This document shows, piece by piece, positions 35,332 through 45,124 of a stretch of DNA of 64,000 nt. The stretch lies in assembly GCF_030409605.1 (NCBI RefSeq), contig NZ_JAUFQG010000004.1:540430-604429 (forward strand), in the 5' to 3' direction. Under the pieces are notes generated by a model, which worked only from the letters and a program-made list of their open reading frames with translations, ran no database searches and was not told where the DNA came from. This stretch comes from Simiduia curdlanivorans (GTDB lineage Bacteria; Pseudomonadota; Gammaproteobacteria; Pseudomonadales; Cellvibrionaceae). The stretch's first letter is position 1. Each line of letters begins with the position of its first letter. The position numbers were made by a program, and so were the translations under genes.

Positions 35332-36732
35332 CTAGAATTTCACCCGCATAGCCTGCGCCGTTAAACAATATTTACCCTGCTGCAAAAAGTGACAATAAGA
35401 GGCGTACTGCTCATCAGTTAACGCTTCGCCATTGGCGTCGGCATAGAGCAGCGCCACCACCCGCCCACACACCTCTATCGGAGCGATGAAGCAGGGCTGC
35501 AGACCCATTAGCTCCTTGATTAACACCGGAAATAAATGCTCGCTTTTATTCACCCTTTCCAATGAAAACCACTGCGGCGCTTTAAACAACAACGCCTCTG
35601 AAAATAACTGCACCGAGGCTTCGTTAAAATGTAACCGCTCGCGCCAAACCACGGCATCCGGCCCCGCCGCATAACGGGTCACCAGTTTACTTTTCAACAC
35701 CAGAACCACTGCCACCCTGGCTAAACCGGCGCCGTGGTGCAAACCGCGCACGATCAATTGGTAGACATGATCGGCGTCGGCACCCAATTGCGCCGCCGAT
35801 GATAACTCGCGCAAAACCGTCAACTGAATTTTTTCATCGGCTTTTACTGGCAGGCGAGCAAGCGCCTGATCCTGTGAACCGGGAATAAAATCCACCAAAC
35901 CGGAGGCGCCAAAAACGGACGCTAACTCACCCGCTGAATCGGCAATACGGATAGCGTCGGCCGTGGCTTGCGCTAGGCTAACTTTTCTCACGTTCGCCAC
36001 TTGCTTGAGCACCTGCTGAGCCTCTTTACTGTGCCAACCAAAGCGACTGACCTGACTGATAGCCTCGCCCATTCGAATCGCGTTGATGGATGCCGATGGC
36101 GCGCTGCTCGAGCTTAAGGCCTGCTCCAGTAGACTACTCAAGTGCCAGCGGTGCACCAATTCCCGGGTTAAGGAGCGAAATTGCAGGCCCAATACGGCCT
36201 CGCAGGCATCGTGCTCATTCACGCCCTCAGTCAGCTGATCGTCTAGCTGATCAGCCTGTATCTCGCCCTTAGACCAGACGGCCAGCTCGCCCACATGAAA
36301 TAGCAGTGCGGCAACAAACACTTGCTCAGCCACATCCTGATCCACCGTTGGGGCTAAAAACTTTGCCTGTAAGGCAGCGTGAAAGGCGCGCGCCATGGAT
36401 TGCAGCAAGCGCTCGCGCGGCTGAGCCCCCAGAAGTTGATCTACCAATAAGAGCGAAATGCATATGCCTTTCACACCCTCGAAACCCACTTGAATGATGG
36501 CGCGGGTAACGGTGTTGATGGCACCGCCGCCAGGGTTGTAATGAATGCTATTAGCCACACGCAACAGTTGAGAGGTGAGATTCGAGTCTTTTAATACTGC
36601 ATCAGACATTTCGTTAACGCGGGTATCGGCATTAGTGGTGAGTTCATTTAACTGTTCGATTACCCGCCCTAACACCGGCAGGTCGGCCGCGTCTAACTTT
36701 TGCACCCATGCTTGCAAACCGATAACGGCCAT
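35332..36732 (-). CDS. HDOD-domain signalling protein with C-terminal GAF-like region
   Basis: 466 aa. N-terminal HDOD features (LPVLGRVIEQLNELT, DLTSQLLRVANSIHYNPG). Confidence 0.7.
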   Translation of the reverse strand: MAVIGLQAWVQKLDAADLPVLGRVIEQLNELTTNADTRVNEMSDAVLKDSNLTSQLLRVANSIHYNPGGGAINTVTRAIIQVGFEGVKGICISLLLVDQLLGAQPRERLLQSMARAFHAALQAKFLAPTVDQDVAEQVFVAALLFHVGELAVWSKGEIQADQLDDQLTEGVNEHDACEAVLGLQFRSLTRELVHRWHLSSLLEQALSSSSAPSASINAIRMGEAISQVSRFGWHSKEAQQVLKQVANVRKVSLAQATADAIRIADSAGELASVFGASGLVDFIPGSQDQALARLPVKADEKIQLTVLRELSSAAQLGADADHVYQLIVRGLHHGAGLARVAVVLVLKSKLVTRYAAGPDAVVWRERLHFNEASVQLFSEALLFKAPQWFSLERVNKSEHLFPVLIKELMGLQPCFIAPIEVCGRVVALLYADANGEALTDEQYASYCHFLQQGKYCLTAQAMRVKF

Positions 36733-36836
36733 CGCAACACTCCCTAAAATGTCGTCTCAATGATCTAAAGACTAGCAGTGCAATCCACAGATCTAACCTA
36801 TAATTCAAAATCAATCTAATACAGAGATGGCAACTC

Positions 36837-38306
36837 ATGCTTAGACATATCCCGCGCCAGCGCTTAGCGGCAGCATTGGCACTGACTATATGCGCACCTT
36901 CAACCCTTGCCGCTAACGGATTCATGCAAACAGGCCCAGCCGGTACCTACGGCAAGGCCAGCAGCGGGCAAACCGCAATATCCAATAGCGGCAACCCGGC
37001 AGCCATTGGTTTTGATCGCCAACGCATGAACCAGGAGAACACAGTGCTGGGTGCGCTCTACCTCGGCGGAGAACTGGAATACGGCAATATCCAGGAGCTG
37101 TTCGACATCTACGACGAACTGGCCAATGCCTTTAACGACGACGGCAGCAGCAGTGGCGGCGGTAGCGGTGGCGGAAGCACAAGTGGCGGTGGGCTAGACT
37201 TTGGCGACATAGACATCAATGACCCCGATATCGCAGCCATCATCGATCGAGTTGAAGGCCAAGCCAACCACATAGGCGCCTTGCTGGCACTGGTGGCAAC
37301 TGAAGGTTATGCCAACGCCGACGCCGCCGTAGACCTACCGTTGATTTTTAACACAGACATTTTTGGTGGCACCCTAGGTTTTAATTTCAGCTACAGCGGC
37401 TCGGCCTCCGCCGTTGGCTTTATGGAGGATATCGACTTCGATGCCGCCACCGCACAAACCGAATTAGAGGCCGCCTTCAATTTACAACCCGGCGACCCAG
37501 CCACTACCTACGATTTGAGCGGCGGCATTTCTCTGACCATCGACCCCAATACCAACAGCGTTAGTGGTACCTTTGACAACGACAGCTTGCTGGCCACCAG
37601 AGCCGCACAGGCAACCCAATTTGGCGTCAGCTATAGCTACCCAATTGTGTTCGAAAATAGCAGCACCTTATATCTAGGCGCCACCGCAAAATATGTGCGC
37701 ATGGGCTTAGCACGGGTAGCAACACGCATCGGCGACATAACAGACTCGGAAGATTTATTTGACGACATTCGCGATGCGAAGTTCGTCAACACCAACCGAT
37801 TCGGCATGGACTTCGGCGCACTTTGGGTTGCCAAGCACGTCTCCTTGGGCACCAGCATTACCGATGCCTTTGAACCCAGCTATGAATTTAATGCCATCGA
37901 CACCAGCAACTACAACAACCCAACCCTCGGCGCGCTCATTGATGAGTTACAAACCTATGAGCAAGAGCGGCAAATCACTGTCGAGGGCAGCCTCTATACG
38001 GAAGACCGCGCCTGGGCGTTAAGTACGAGTTACGAAACTGCCGCCATTAAAGATCCACTTGGTGCCGAACATCAGTGGTTTAGCATTAGCGGCGGCTGGA
38101 ACTCCAATAGCTTTTGGGTTCCATCAGTGCGGCTTGGTTACCATATGAACCAAGTAGGCAGCGAAATAAATATGTACAAGTTAGGTTTCACACTATTTCG
38201 CTATGTGGATTTAGATCTCGGTATGTCATCCGAAAAGGTTGAAATAGATGGCACTTCTTTACCCCAGGGTGCGAGTGCGAATCTCGGTTTTCACTACACC
38301 TTTTAA
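36837..38306 (+). CDS. outer-membrane beta-barrel protein (TraF-like/long-chain OMP family) with Gly/Ser-rich insert
   Basis: 489 aa with a signal peptide (ALALTICAPSTLAANG) and alternating amphipathic beta-strands. It ends in an aromatic terminal residue, ...GFHYTF. The insert is GSSSGGGSGGGSTSGGG. Confidence 0.7.
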   Translation: MLRHIPRQRLAAALALTICAPSTLAANGFMQTGPAGTYGKASSGQTAISNSGNPAAIGFDRQRMNQENTVLGALYLGGELEYGNIQELFDIYDELANAFNDDGSSSGGGSGGGSTSGGGLDFGDIDINDPDIAAIIDRVEGQANHIGALLALVATEGYANADAAVDLPLIFNTDIFGGTLGFNFSYSGSASAVGFMEDIDFDAATAQTELEAAFNLQPGDPATTYDLSGGISLTIDPNTNSVSGTFDNDSLLATRAAQATQFGVSYSYPIVFENSSTLYLGATAKYVRMGLARVATRIGDITDSEDLFDDIRDAKFVNTNRFGMDFGALWVAKHVSLGTSITDAFEPSYEFNAIDTSNYNNPTLGALIDELQTYEQERQITVEGSLYTEDRAWALSTSYETAAIKDPLGAEHQWFSISGGWNSNSFWVPSVRLGYHMNQVGSEINMYKLGFTLFRYVDLDLGMSSEKVEIDGTSLPQGASANLGFHYTF

Positions 38307-38326
38307 TCGCTGAGAAACCGAAATAG

Positions 38327-38646
38327 AAAAGGCTGCAATTGCCACTGCTGTCCCATAGTTATATTGCGGGAGAGTTTGGTGTCCGTACTAGCGACCGTCA
38401 CCCGCATGGGTTGATATCGCAATTAGGCAAAGCATGCTTTGCAGCGATAGCAACGCCCACAGTGTGTCATTGTGGGCCGGTCCCAAAGGGCGGGTGTTGA
38501 GACTACATGGTTGTATTCACGTCGTGTCGCTAGTGCGGGTACCAAACTCATGTCCAAATATACGCCCAGATGTCGCATCTATTGTGAGGCTTATAGACTA
38601 ACGATGATCGCGTCGTTTTTGTGAGACAGTGGTGTGCAATTGCAGC
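38327..38646. repeat. 320-bp MITE-like or structured-RNA element with nested inverted repeats
   Basis: Terminal inverted repeats GAAAAGGCTGCAATTGCCACTG / CAGTGGTGTGCAATTGCAGCCTTTTTTC. Inner inverted repeats GAGTTTGGTGTCCGTACTAGCGAC / GTCGCTAGTGCGGGTACCAAACTC. Central perfect palindrome GCAAAGCATGCTTTGC. It lies between convergent gene ends. Confidence 0.5.
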
Positions 38647-38664
38647 CTTTTTTCACCTTGAGAT

Positions 38665-39987
38665 TTACTTTTTTAACAGCTCCATCAATGCGATAACCGT
38701 AGCTTCTACACCCTTCGTAACCGAAGGTTCTGGCGCAATTTTAAATAGAGGGCTGTGATGGCTCGGCACAGGTTCACCACCGGCTTTCTCGCGCTCGAAA
38801 TCTGCTTTAGGTGTTCCGCCGATAGCAAAATAGACACTGGGTATATAAGGGTCGGTTGTGAAGAACGGGAAGTCTTCTGCCCCCATTCCCAGTCGACGAT
38901 AGTTTTCATCGAATGCGTCGGCGCCCATTTTTTCACGCCATACAGCCTTTAAACGCTGGGTCATGGGTATATCGTTTACCGTTGGCGGCGTTGGCTCATC
39001 GGAGATAATTACCTTTGGCAAATTATCCTCCGGTAAACCGGCAGCGCGACCAATATTAACCGCAACGCGCTCAATGGCAGCCATCAGGTATTCACGCGTT
39101 TCCCAACTATCGTTGCGCACGGTTACTTGCAAGCGCGCCTCATCGGAAATTATATTGTGCTTAGTGCCCGCATGAAATGAACCCACCGTAATTACCGCCG
39201 GTTCTTTCGGCGCGATTTCACGGCTCACAATCGTTTGCAACGCCAACACAATTTGCGCACCTATGACCACTGGGTCTTTACCACGATGAGGCGAGGCACC
39301 GTGGGCGCCAATACCGGGCACAACGATATCGATACTATCAACACCCGAATAAGGCGAACCCTCAACCGCAACCAACTTGCCTGCTTCAATTTCCGAACTC
39401 ACATGAAACGCCATAGCGTAATCGGGTTGACCAAAGCGCTTCCAAATACCATCGTCCATCATGCCTTTCGCGCCGCCCACTCGCTCTTCAGCGGGCTGGC
39501 CGATCAACATTAAGGTGCCAGACCACTCACTTTTGCGCTGCGCCATCTGGCGCGCGGTACCCACCAGACTGGTGATATGCACATCGTGGCCACAGGCGTG
39601 CATCACGTTCACCACATTGCCGTCCCAATCTTTTTGGGTCGCTTTTGAAGCGTAAGGTAAACCGGATTTTTCCTCCACCGGCAGGCCGTCCATATCGGCG
39701 CGCATCATCACCAGCGGGCCCTTGCCGTTTTTCATGATGGCCACAACACCGGTTTTACCGACACCTTCAGTAACTTCAAAACCCGCGGCACGCAGCTCCT
39801 TAGCAAGGCGCTTGGCGGTTTGCGTTTCTAGGTGGGACAGCTCAGGGTTTTTATGAAAGTGCTCAAATAGCGGAGCCAAATGTTTTTTATAATCTTTCTC
39901 AACATCTTGCGATAAATCACCGGCAAACGCGCCTGCGCTAGCGAGCAAGACTGCCAGGGCCAAGGAATGCTTAATCATAGTCTTCAT
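38665..39987 (-). CDS. secreted M20D-family amidohydrolase/peptidase (hippuricase/aminoacylase-like)
   Basis: 440 aa with a signal peptide and metal-binding motifs MHACGHDVH and GQPAEE, typical of the M20D family. Confidence 0.85.
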   Translation of the reverse strand: MKTMIKHSLALAVLLASAGAFAGDLSQDVEKDYKKHLAPLFEHFHKNPELSHLETQTAKRLAKELRAAGFEVTEGVGKTGVVAIMKNGKGPLVMMRADMDGLPVEEKSGLPYASKATQKDWDGNVVNVMHACGHDVHITSLVGTARQMAQRKSEWSGTLMLIGQPAEERVGGAKGMMDDGIWKRFGQPDYAMAFHVSSEIEAGKLVAVEGSPYSGVDSIDIVVPGIGAHGASPHRGKDPVVIGAQIVLALQTIVSREIAPKEPAVITVGSFHAGTKHNIISDEARLQVTVRNDSWETREYLMAAIERVAVNIGRAAGLPEDNLPKVIISDEPTPPTVNDIPMTQRLKAVWREKMGADAFDENYRRLGMGAEDFPFFTTDPYIPSVYFAIGGTPKADFEREKAGGEPVPSHHSPLFKIAPEPSVTKGVEATVIALMELLKK

Positions 39988-40020
39988 CTCTTTTTATTTA
40001 GGAAAATATAGAGTTTAGGG

Positions 40021-40512
40021 TTAGTGCTGTTGAATCAGCGCAATGATGTCGCTGGCCCAATTCGCGTCTGGCTGTTCGATAATTCTGCCAACTTCTTTTT
40101 TATCTTTTAGCACCACGAGCGTAGGGGTAAATTCTAAGCCATAACGCGCCACCACAGCCGATGGCTCAAGTTTATCTCGAGATATAGCCGTTAATCGCAA
40201 GGATAGATTCGGATTCTCTGCCAGCTCGATTAACTTAATAAGCTTTGGCACTTCCCGAACACTATCGTGACACCAAGTACCAAAAAGCACACGCAAGCTA
40301 ATAGCGGAGTCGATTGACGTCAGCAATTGAACCTCTTGCTCCGAAATAATCGCGGTTTTATAGGACGCAGCAAAGGCATCAAGGACTAACAGATCCGACT
40401 CTGAAACAGGCCCGACTAAGTCCTGATGAGCACTTAACGACTCAGCAGCATGGGCCACTGAAACAGTCATAAGGAAAAAGATAACACTATATAACGCTTT
40501 CTTAATCATCAT
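40021..40512 (-). CDS. periplasmic thioredoxin-fold protein (WCxxS variant)
   Basis: 163 aa with a signal peptide and FGTWCHDSV active-site-like motif. The ATG overlaps the stop of the upstream gene (TAATG). Confidence 0.6.
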   Translation of the reverse strand: MMIKKALYSVIFFLMTVSVAHAAESLSAHQDLVGPVSESDLLVLDAFAASYKTAIISEQEVQLLTSIDSAISLRVLFGTWCHDSVREVPKLIKLIELAENPNLSLRLTAISRDKLEPSAVVARYGLEFTPTLVVLKDKKEVGRIIEQPDANWASDIIALIQQH

Positions 40513-41051
40513 TATTTTCTCGATACCGCAGCCATGATATGACCATAGGCCTTAGTTAGTTTATTGACAGCATCAGAACCGCCCGCGAGCACGCTTCCGG
40601 TTAGCAATATATCTAATAACGTGAAGGCCTTACCCTGCCAGCCTGACGGCAACTCCAGCACCAAGCTGCCCAGAATTCGAAAACCCACTAGCGCAATCAT
40701 CAAGCCAAAACACAACCCCATTTGCTGCGCAATAAGACGCGAGTGACTTCGGTACTCGCTGCGCGAGATCGTTAACGCGCCGAGCTGATCAAGCTGCTCT
40801 TTACTTGGTGTTGCAATCAACTTCAATTGCGTGAGCGCAAGATCGAGGCGGTCGGCACCACCACCGCGCAAAGCGGAAAGAAACACTTCAATTGCCCGCT
40901 CGACAAATAAACAAATCAACAAAACACTGGCAAAGACAACAGGGAAAACGGTGAGCGAGTTTGGCTGCACACTCAGCCCTTGGGTTGGAAGCACAATGCC
41001 AACGCCAGCAATCGCTAAAATGACAATCAAAGTAAAAAGATAGCGCTGCAT
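40512..41051 (-). CDS. hypothetical inner-membrane protein, 4 TM
   Basis: 179 aa, hydrophobic, translationally coupled to the thioredoxin-fold gene. Confidence 0.55.
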   Translation of the reverse strand: MQRYLFTLIVILAIAGVGIVLPTQGLSVQPNSLTVFPVVFASVLLICLFVERAIEVFLSALRGGGADRLDLALTQLKLIATPSKEQLDQLGALTISRSEYRSHSRLIAQQMGLCFGLMIALVGFRILGSLVLELPSGWQGKAFTLLDILLTGSVLAGGSDAVNKLTKAYGHIMAAVSRK

Positions 41052-41069
41052 AGATCTCTCAGAATATTT

Positions 41070-41984
41070 TTATCGCCGTTGCAACAGCAACCAGTCGTAC
41101 ACATCTTGACTCGCGTAAACCCGTGTCCAAGCATCGTGGCCCATATCTTCGTGTACAGTAAACCGCACTTCCGATGCTTTATAACTTTCTAGGTGATTGA
41201 TACCGGCATAAAAGAACGCTTTGCTTACCGCACTATCACGGCCACCGGCAAATGCCCACACCGGTAACTTTGCTTTCGCGATAGGCGCCATTAAACTCGG
41301 ATGCCCCCAACCCACAACAGGTACTGCTGCTGCAAATAATGTAGGGTGCTTACTCGCCATATACCAAGTGCCAAATCCACCGTAACTGATGCCGCTGATG
41401 TAGCTGCGCCGCTTATCCGTCGCGTAATTTTTATGCACTGACTCCAGTATCGACAATACATCTTGCTCAACTTGCTCCCAGCCCATGGGTAACAGCGGTG
41501 ACACGTCACTGAGATCGGTGATATTTTTACCCGCTCGCATTAATTCAGGTGTATCGAACGGTGCCGGCCGCTCGGGCACACCCTTGGCTAGGCGCTGGGG
41601 AATTTCCGCGCGGGAGCGGTTAGCGATATAGGGGATTTTTTCCATGCCTAACATATGCAATTGCGGCGCAATAATAACGAAAGGCAAGTCGCGCTTTTGA
41701 ATCCAGGCTTCATACAGAGGGCCGTGCTTCAAAACATAATCCAACTCTTCTAAACCATCGCCTCGCTCGCCATTGCCATGGAGGAACAAAAGCACCGGCC
41801 ATTTTTTCTTGGGCTCATCCTGATAGCCAGCGGGCAAATAGACAAAGTACTCGCGCGGCTTTTTATCTAACGCGGACACATAGCTTTCGCGCACCAACTG
41901 CGGCTCACTGGGCGATGACTCACCGCACCCCGCCAGCAGCAAGTACGAGAATAAAATCGCGGCGATTACTGTGGAAATTTTCAC
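41070..41984 (-). CDS. alpha/beta-hydrolase (esterase/depolymerase-type) lipoprotein
   Basis: GTG start at VKISTVIAAILFSYLLLAGC (lipobox), overlapping the SDR stop by 4 nt. LFLHGNGERG and nucleophile elbow GISYGG. Confidence 0.75.
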   Translation of the reverse strand: MKISTVIAAILFSYLLLAGCGESSPSEPQLVRESYVSALDKKPREYFVYLPAGYQDEPKKKWPVLLFLHGNGERGDGLEELDYVLKHGPLYEAWIQKRDLPFVIIAPQLHMLGMEKIPYIANRSRAEIPQRLAKGVPERPAPFDTPELMRAGKNITDLSDVSPLLPMGWEQVEQDVLSILESVHKNYATDKRRSYISGISYGGFGTWYMASKHPTLFAAAVPVVGWGHPSLMAPIAKAKLPVWAFAGGRDSAVSKAFFYAGINHLESYKASEVRFTVHEDMGHDAWTRVYASQDVYDWLLLQRR

Positions 41985-42745
41985 GCCATTCTCGCTATCA
42001 ACGCAACCGGCAACCAGGCGAGTAAACGCACCACCAACGCCCACGGCCAACGCGGCACAGTTGAGCGCTTTACTTTGCGCTCAATCAGATCCACTAAAAG
42101 GCGACCACCCTTTTCCACCGGGATGCAAAAAGGTCGAGACCTCGCGGCCTGATTGATCGGGGTGTCGATATAACCTGGGCAGAGCAACGTAACGTCGATG
42201 GGCTTAAAATATAACTCGGCGCGCAAGGCTTCCACATAGTGACTCACCGCGGCTTTCGACGCGCCGTAAGCGCCGCCACCGGGCAGGCCTCGATAGCCGG
42301 CCACGCTACTCACCGCAATGATGTGTCCAAAACCCTGCGCCTTAAACAGGCTAACGGCCGCATCGATAGTGGCCATGCAACCGAGCACATTGGTGTCGAT
42401 GGTAGCTTTTACTTTTTCGAAACTAAGCTTGCCAATACGCTGGCTGTAACCGATGCCAGCGTTGGCAATTATTTTATCGAGACTGCCAAAATGTTGCCTG
42501 GCTTCCTCCAAGGCGGCCTTTACATCGTCGAACTCAGTAACATCAAGCGCCCGGATTAACACGGCGGTTTGGTATTCGGCCTCTAGCTTGGCTTTTAGTT
42601 GCTCGAGGTTTTCTAACCTGCGCGCCGTTAGCGCTAGCTGATAGCCACGGCGCGCAAATTCGATTGCCATCTGCTGACCTAAACCGCTCGAGGCACCGGT
42701 GATAAAAACGGTTTCGGTCTTCGGATTGTTTTTGCTATTGGTCAT
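41981..42745 (-). CDS. short-chain dehydrogenase/reductase (SDR)
   Basis: TGASSGLG cofactor motif, then the catalytic triad with YGASK. Confidence 0.85.
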   Translation of the reverse strand: MTNSKNNPKTETVFITGASSGLGQQMAIEFARRGYQLALTARRLENLEQLKAKLEAEYQTAVLIRALDVTEFDDVKAALEEARQHFGSLDKIIANAGIGYSQRIGKLSFEKVKATIDTNVLGCMATIDAAVSLFKAQGFGHIIAVSSVAGYRGLPGGGAYGASKAAVSHYVEALRAELYFKPIDVTLLCPGYIDTPINQAARSRPFCIPVEKGGRLLVDLIERKVKRSTVPRWPWALVVRLLAWLPVALIARMA

Positions 42746-42869
42746 GCGGGTTATTGCCTTTTATTATTTTCGTTAGGGGTCGTTAGAATATAGAACCGAT
42801 AAACAAGCTAACTTGACATTAAACGGGTCTACTATCAAATCAACCTATTTACACCCTTATTCAGACGAA

Positions 42870-43568
42870 TCAAATCACCTGTGTTGCAACACGCAAGAGC
42901 GATTGGCCGCGACTATCCAGCAATTGCGCCACCAATTCATCGCCTGCTTCAAGGGGTCCGACGCCTGCGGGTGTGCCGGTGAGCAAGACATCGCCCGGAG
43001 CAAAGCTGAAAAATTGACTGGCATAGGCCAGCAGTTCCGCCACCGGCGTTAACATATCACGGGTATTGCCATCCTGCGTCACCACACCGTTGCGGGTGAG
43101 GCGCAAGCCGATGTTTTGCAGATCTTCGGGCGGCGCGAGAAAGGCCGATAAGGGCGCACTGCCATCGAAGCCCTTGGCCTTCTCCCATGGGTGACCTTTT
43201 TGCTTTAGCGCTGCCTGTAACTCGCGCAAGGTCAAATCGAAAGCCAAGCCGATGCCGGCGACGGATGCCAAGGCCTGCTCAGGCGTTGCGTCTTTTAGCT
43301 CGGTGCCAATAAGCACGCTCATCTCGGTTTCAAAATGACAACTGCCCCAACGCCTCGGCACGCTAAATGGCTTGGCCATATCGCGCGCACAGCCCGCAGT
43401 TTTGATGAACAGCATAGGTTCAGTGCCTACTTTACTGCCCATTTCTTTTATATGATCGGCATAATTCTGACCGACACAAACAATTTTCCCGAGCGGCAGA
43501 GGGATAGCGGTTGCGCCGGCACTGTTCGGCTGGGCCCATCTATGTTGGTATGTCATGGCTAAACTCAT
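42870..43568 (-). CDS. fumarylacetoacetate hydrolase (FAH) family protein, YcgM-like
   Basis: Start at Met63 of ORF 42870..43754 (MSLAMTYQ). KIVCVGQNYADH, FIKTAG and ETEMSVLIG motifs. Confidence 0.8.
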   Translation of the reverse strand: MSLAMTYQHRWAQPNSAGATAIPLPLGKIVCVGQNYADHIKEMGSKVGTEPMLFIKTAGCARDMAKPFSVPRRWGSCHFETEMSVLIGTELKDATPEQALASVAGIGLAFDLTLRELQAALKQKGHPWEKAKGFDGSAPLSAFLAPPEDLQNIGLRLTRNGVVTQDGNTRDMLTPVAELLAYASQFFSFAPGDVLLTGTPAGVGPLEAGDELVAQLLDSRGQSLLRVATQVI

Positions 43569-43769
43569 CGGTTTTTTAGCATTGTAACGCGCCAACCGCG
43601 CTGTTTGGGGCAGGCCACAGCAGCATTCTGCAGGAAAATACCGAGCATCAGCAATTGATTGCGTGCGCCCGCTTTGCGGACTTTGTGTCTGTGGTATTAT
43701 GGCGCCCCATTTTCCCCCGGCCTTGCCCGCGCGCGAGGCCTGAGCGCATTGCATACAAGGTGATATTCC

Positions 43770-44999
43770 ATGGCTAAGGTGTCTTTAGACAAGAGCAAAA
43801 TCAAGTTCCTGCTACTTGAAGGCGTGCACCAATCTGCGGTTGATAAGTTAACCGAAGCCGGTTACACCAATATTGAGTACCACAAGACCGCCTTACCCGA
43901 AGACCAATTGTTAGAGAGTGTTAAAGACGCGCACTTCATTGGTTTGCGCTCGCGCACCCAATTAACCCGCGAAGTATTCGAGGCAGCCAACCGCTTGATT
44001 GCCGTCGGTTGCTTCTGTATTGGCACCAACCAAGTCGACCTCGACGCCGCACAAGAGCACGGTGTTGCCGTGTTTAACGCGCCTTACTCCAATACCCGCT
44101 CCGTTGCCGAATTGGTGATAGCGGAGGCGATTTTATTGCTGCGTGGCATTCCTGAAAAGAACGCCGTTTGCCATCGCGGTGGCTGGCAGAAATCGGCCGA
44201 GGGCTCGTTTGAGATTCGCGGTAAAACCCTGGGTATTGTCGGTTACGGCTCGATTGGCAGCCAAGTTAGCGTGCTGGCCGAATCCCTCGGCATGAAAGTC
44301 ATCTTCTCCGATGTGGTGACCAAGCTACCGCTGGGCAACGCCGAGCAGTGCAAAGATTTAGACACTCTGCTGGCCAAGGCCGATATCGTCAGCCTGCACG
44401 TGCCCGAAACCGGTGCCACCAAAATGATGATGGGCGCGAAGCAAATCAAGCTGATGAAACCGGGTGCGATTCTGATCAACGCCTCGCGCGGTACGGTGGT
44501 GGATATTGACGCCCTAGCCGAAGCGCTGAAATCTGGCGCCCTTGCCGGTGCCGCCATCGATGTGTTCCCGGTTGAGCCTAAGGGCCCACAAGACGAATTT
44601 GTTTCACCACTGCGCGAGTTCGACAACGTCATCTTGACCCCACACATTGGCGGTTCAACTATCGAAGCCCAGGCCAATATTGGCGTAGAAGTAGCTGAGA
44701 AGCTGATCAAGTTCTCCGACAACGGCACCACCACCAGCTCGGTAAACTTCCCCGAAGTGGCCCTGTCGACCCATACCAATGTGCACCGCCTGCTGCACGT
44801 GCACCATAACGTACCGGGTGTTATGTCAGCCATTAACCGACTCTTCTCTGAAAACAACATCAATATCATTGGTCAGCACTTACAAACCAATGAAAAGGTG
44901 GGCTATGTGGTGATCGAGGTGGCGGCCAGCAACTCCGAAACAGCACTGGAAAAAGTACGCGAGGTTGAGGGGACTATCCGCTGCCGCGTCTTGTTCTAA
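43770..44999 (+). CDS. serA: D-3-phosphoglycerate dehydrogenase
   Basis: 409 aa: substrate- and NAD-binding domains (GIVGYGSIGSQV, catalytic HIGGST) and a C-terminal ACT domain. Confidence 0.9.
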   Translation: MAKVSLDKSKIKFLLLEGVHQSAVDKLTEAGYTNIEYHKTALPEDQLLESVKDAHFIGLRSRTQLTREVFEAANRLIAVGCFCIGTNQVDLDAAQEHGVAVFNAPYSNTRSVAELVIAEAILLLRGIPEKNAVCHRGGWQKSAEGSFEIRGKTLGIVGYGSIGSQVSVLAESLGMKVIFSDVVTKLPLGNAEQCKDLDTLLAKADIVSLHVPETGATKMMMGAKQIKLMKPGAILINASRGTVVDIDALAEALKSGALAGAAIDVFPVEPKGPQDEFVSPLREFDNVILTPHIGGSTIEAQANIGVEVAEKLIKFSDNGTTTSSVNFPEVALSTHTNVHRLLHVHHNVPGVMSAINRLFSENNINIIGQHLQTNEKVGYVVIEVAASNSETALEKVREVEGTIRCRVLF

Positions 45000-45026
45000 G
45001 TGCTTAGCTGCAAGGCTCAACCCTTC

Positions 45027-45053
45027 AAAAAGCCGCGCAAGCGGCTTTTTTTA
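45027..45053 (+). terminator. rho-independent terminator of serA
   Basis: aaaaaGCCGCgcaaGCGGCttttttta lies 28 bp after the stop. Confidence 0.65.
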
Positions 45054-45124
45054 TGGCGCATCTTTTTCATGCATTCCTTATTTTCACGCGCCGCTACACC
45101 GCGCCGCACCTTTAGGACGATACC

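Noticed and set aside
44243-44869. 208-aa minus-strand ORF inside serA
   Set aside because: It is antisense to a fully conserved housekeeping gene and has no independent support.
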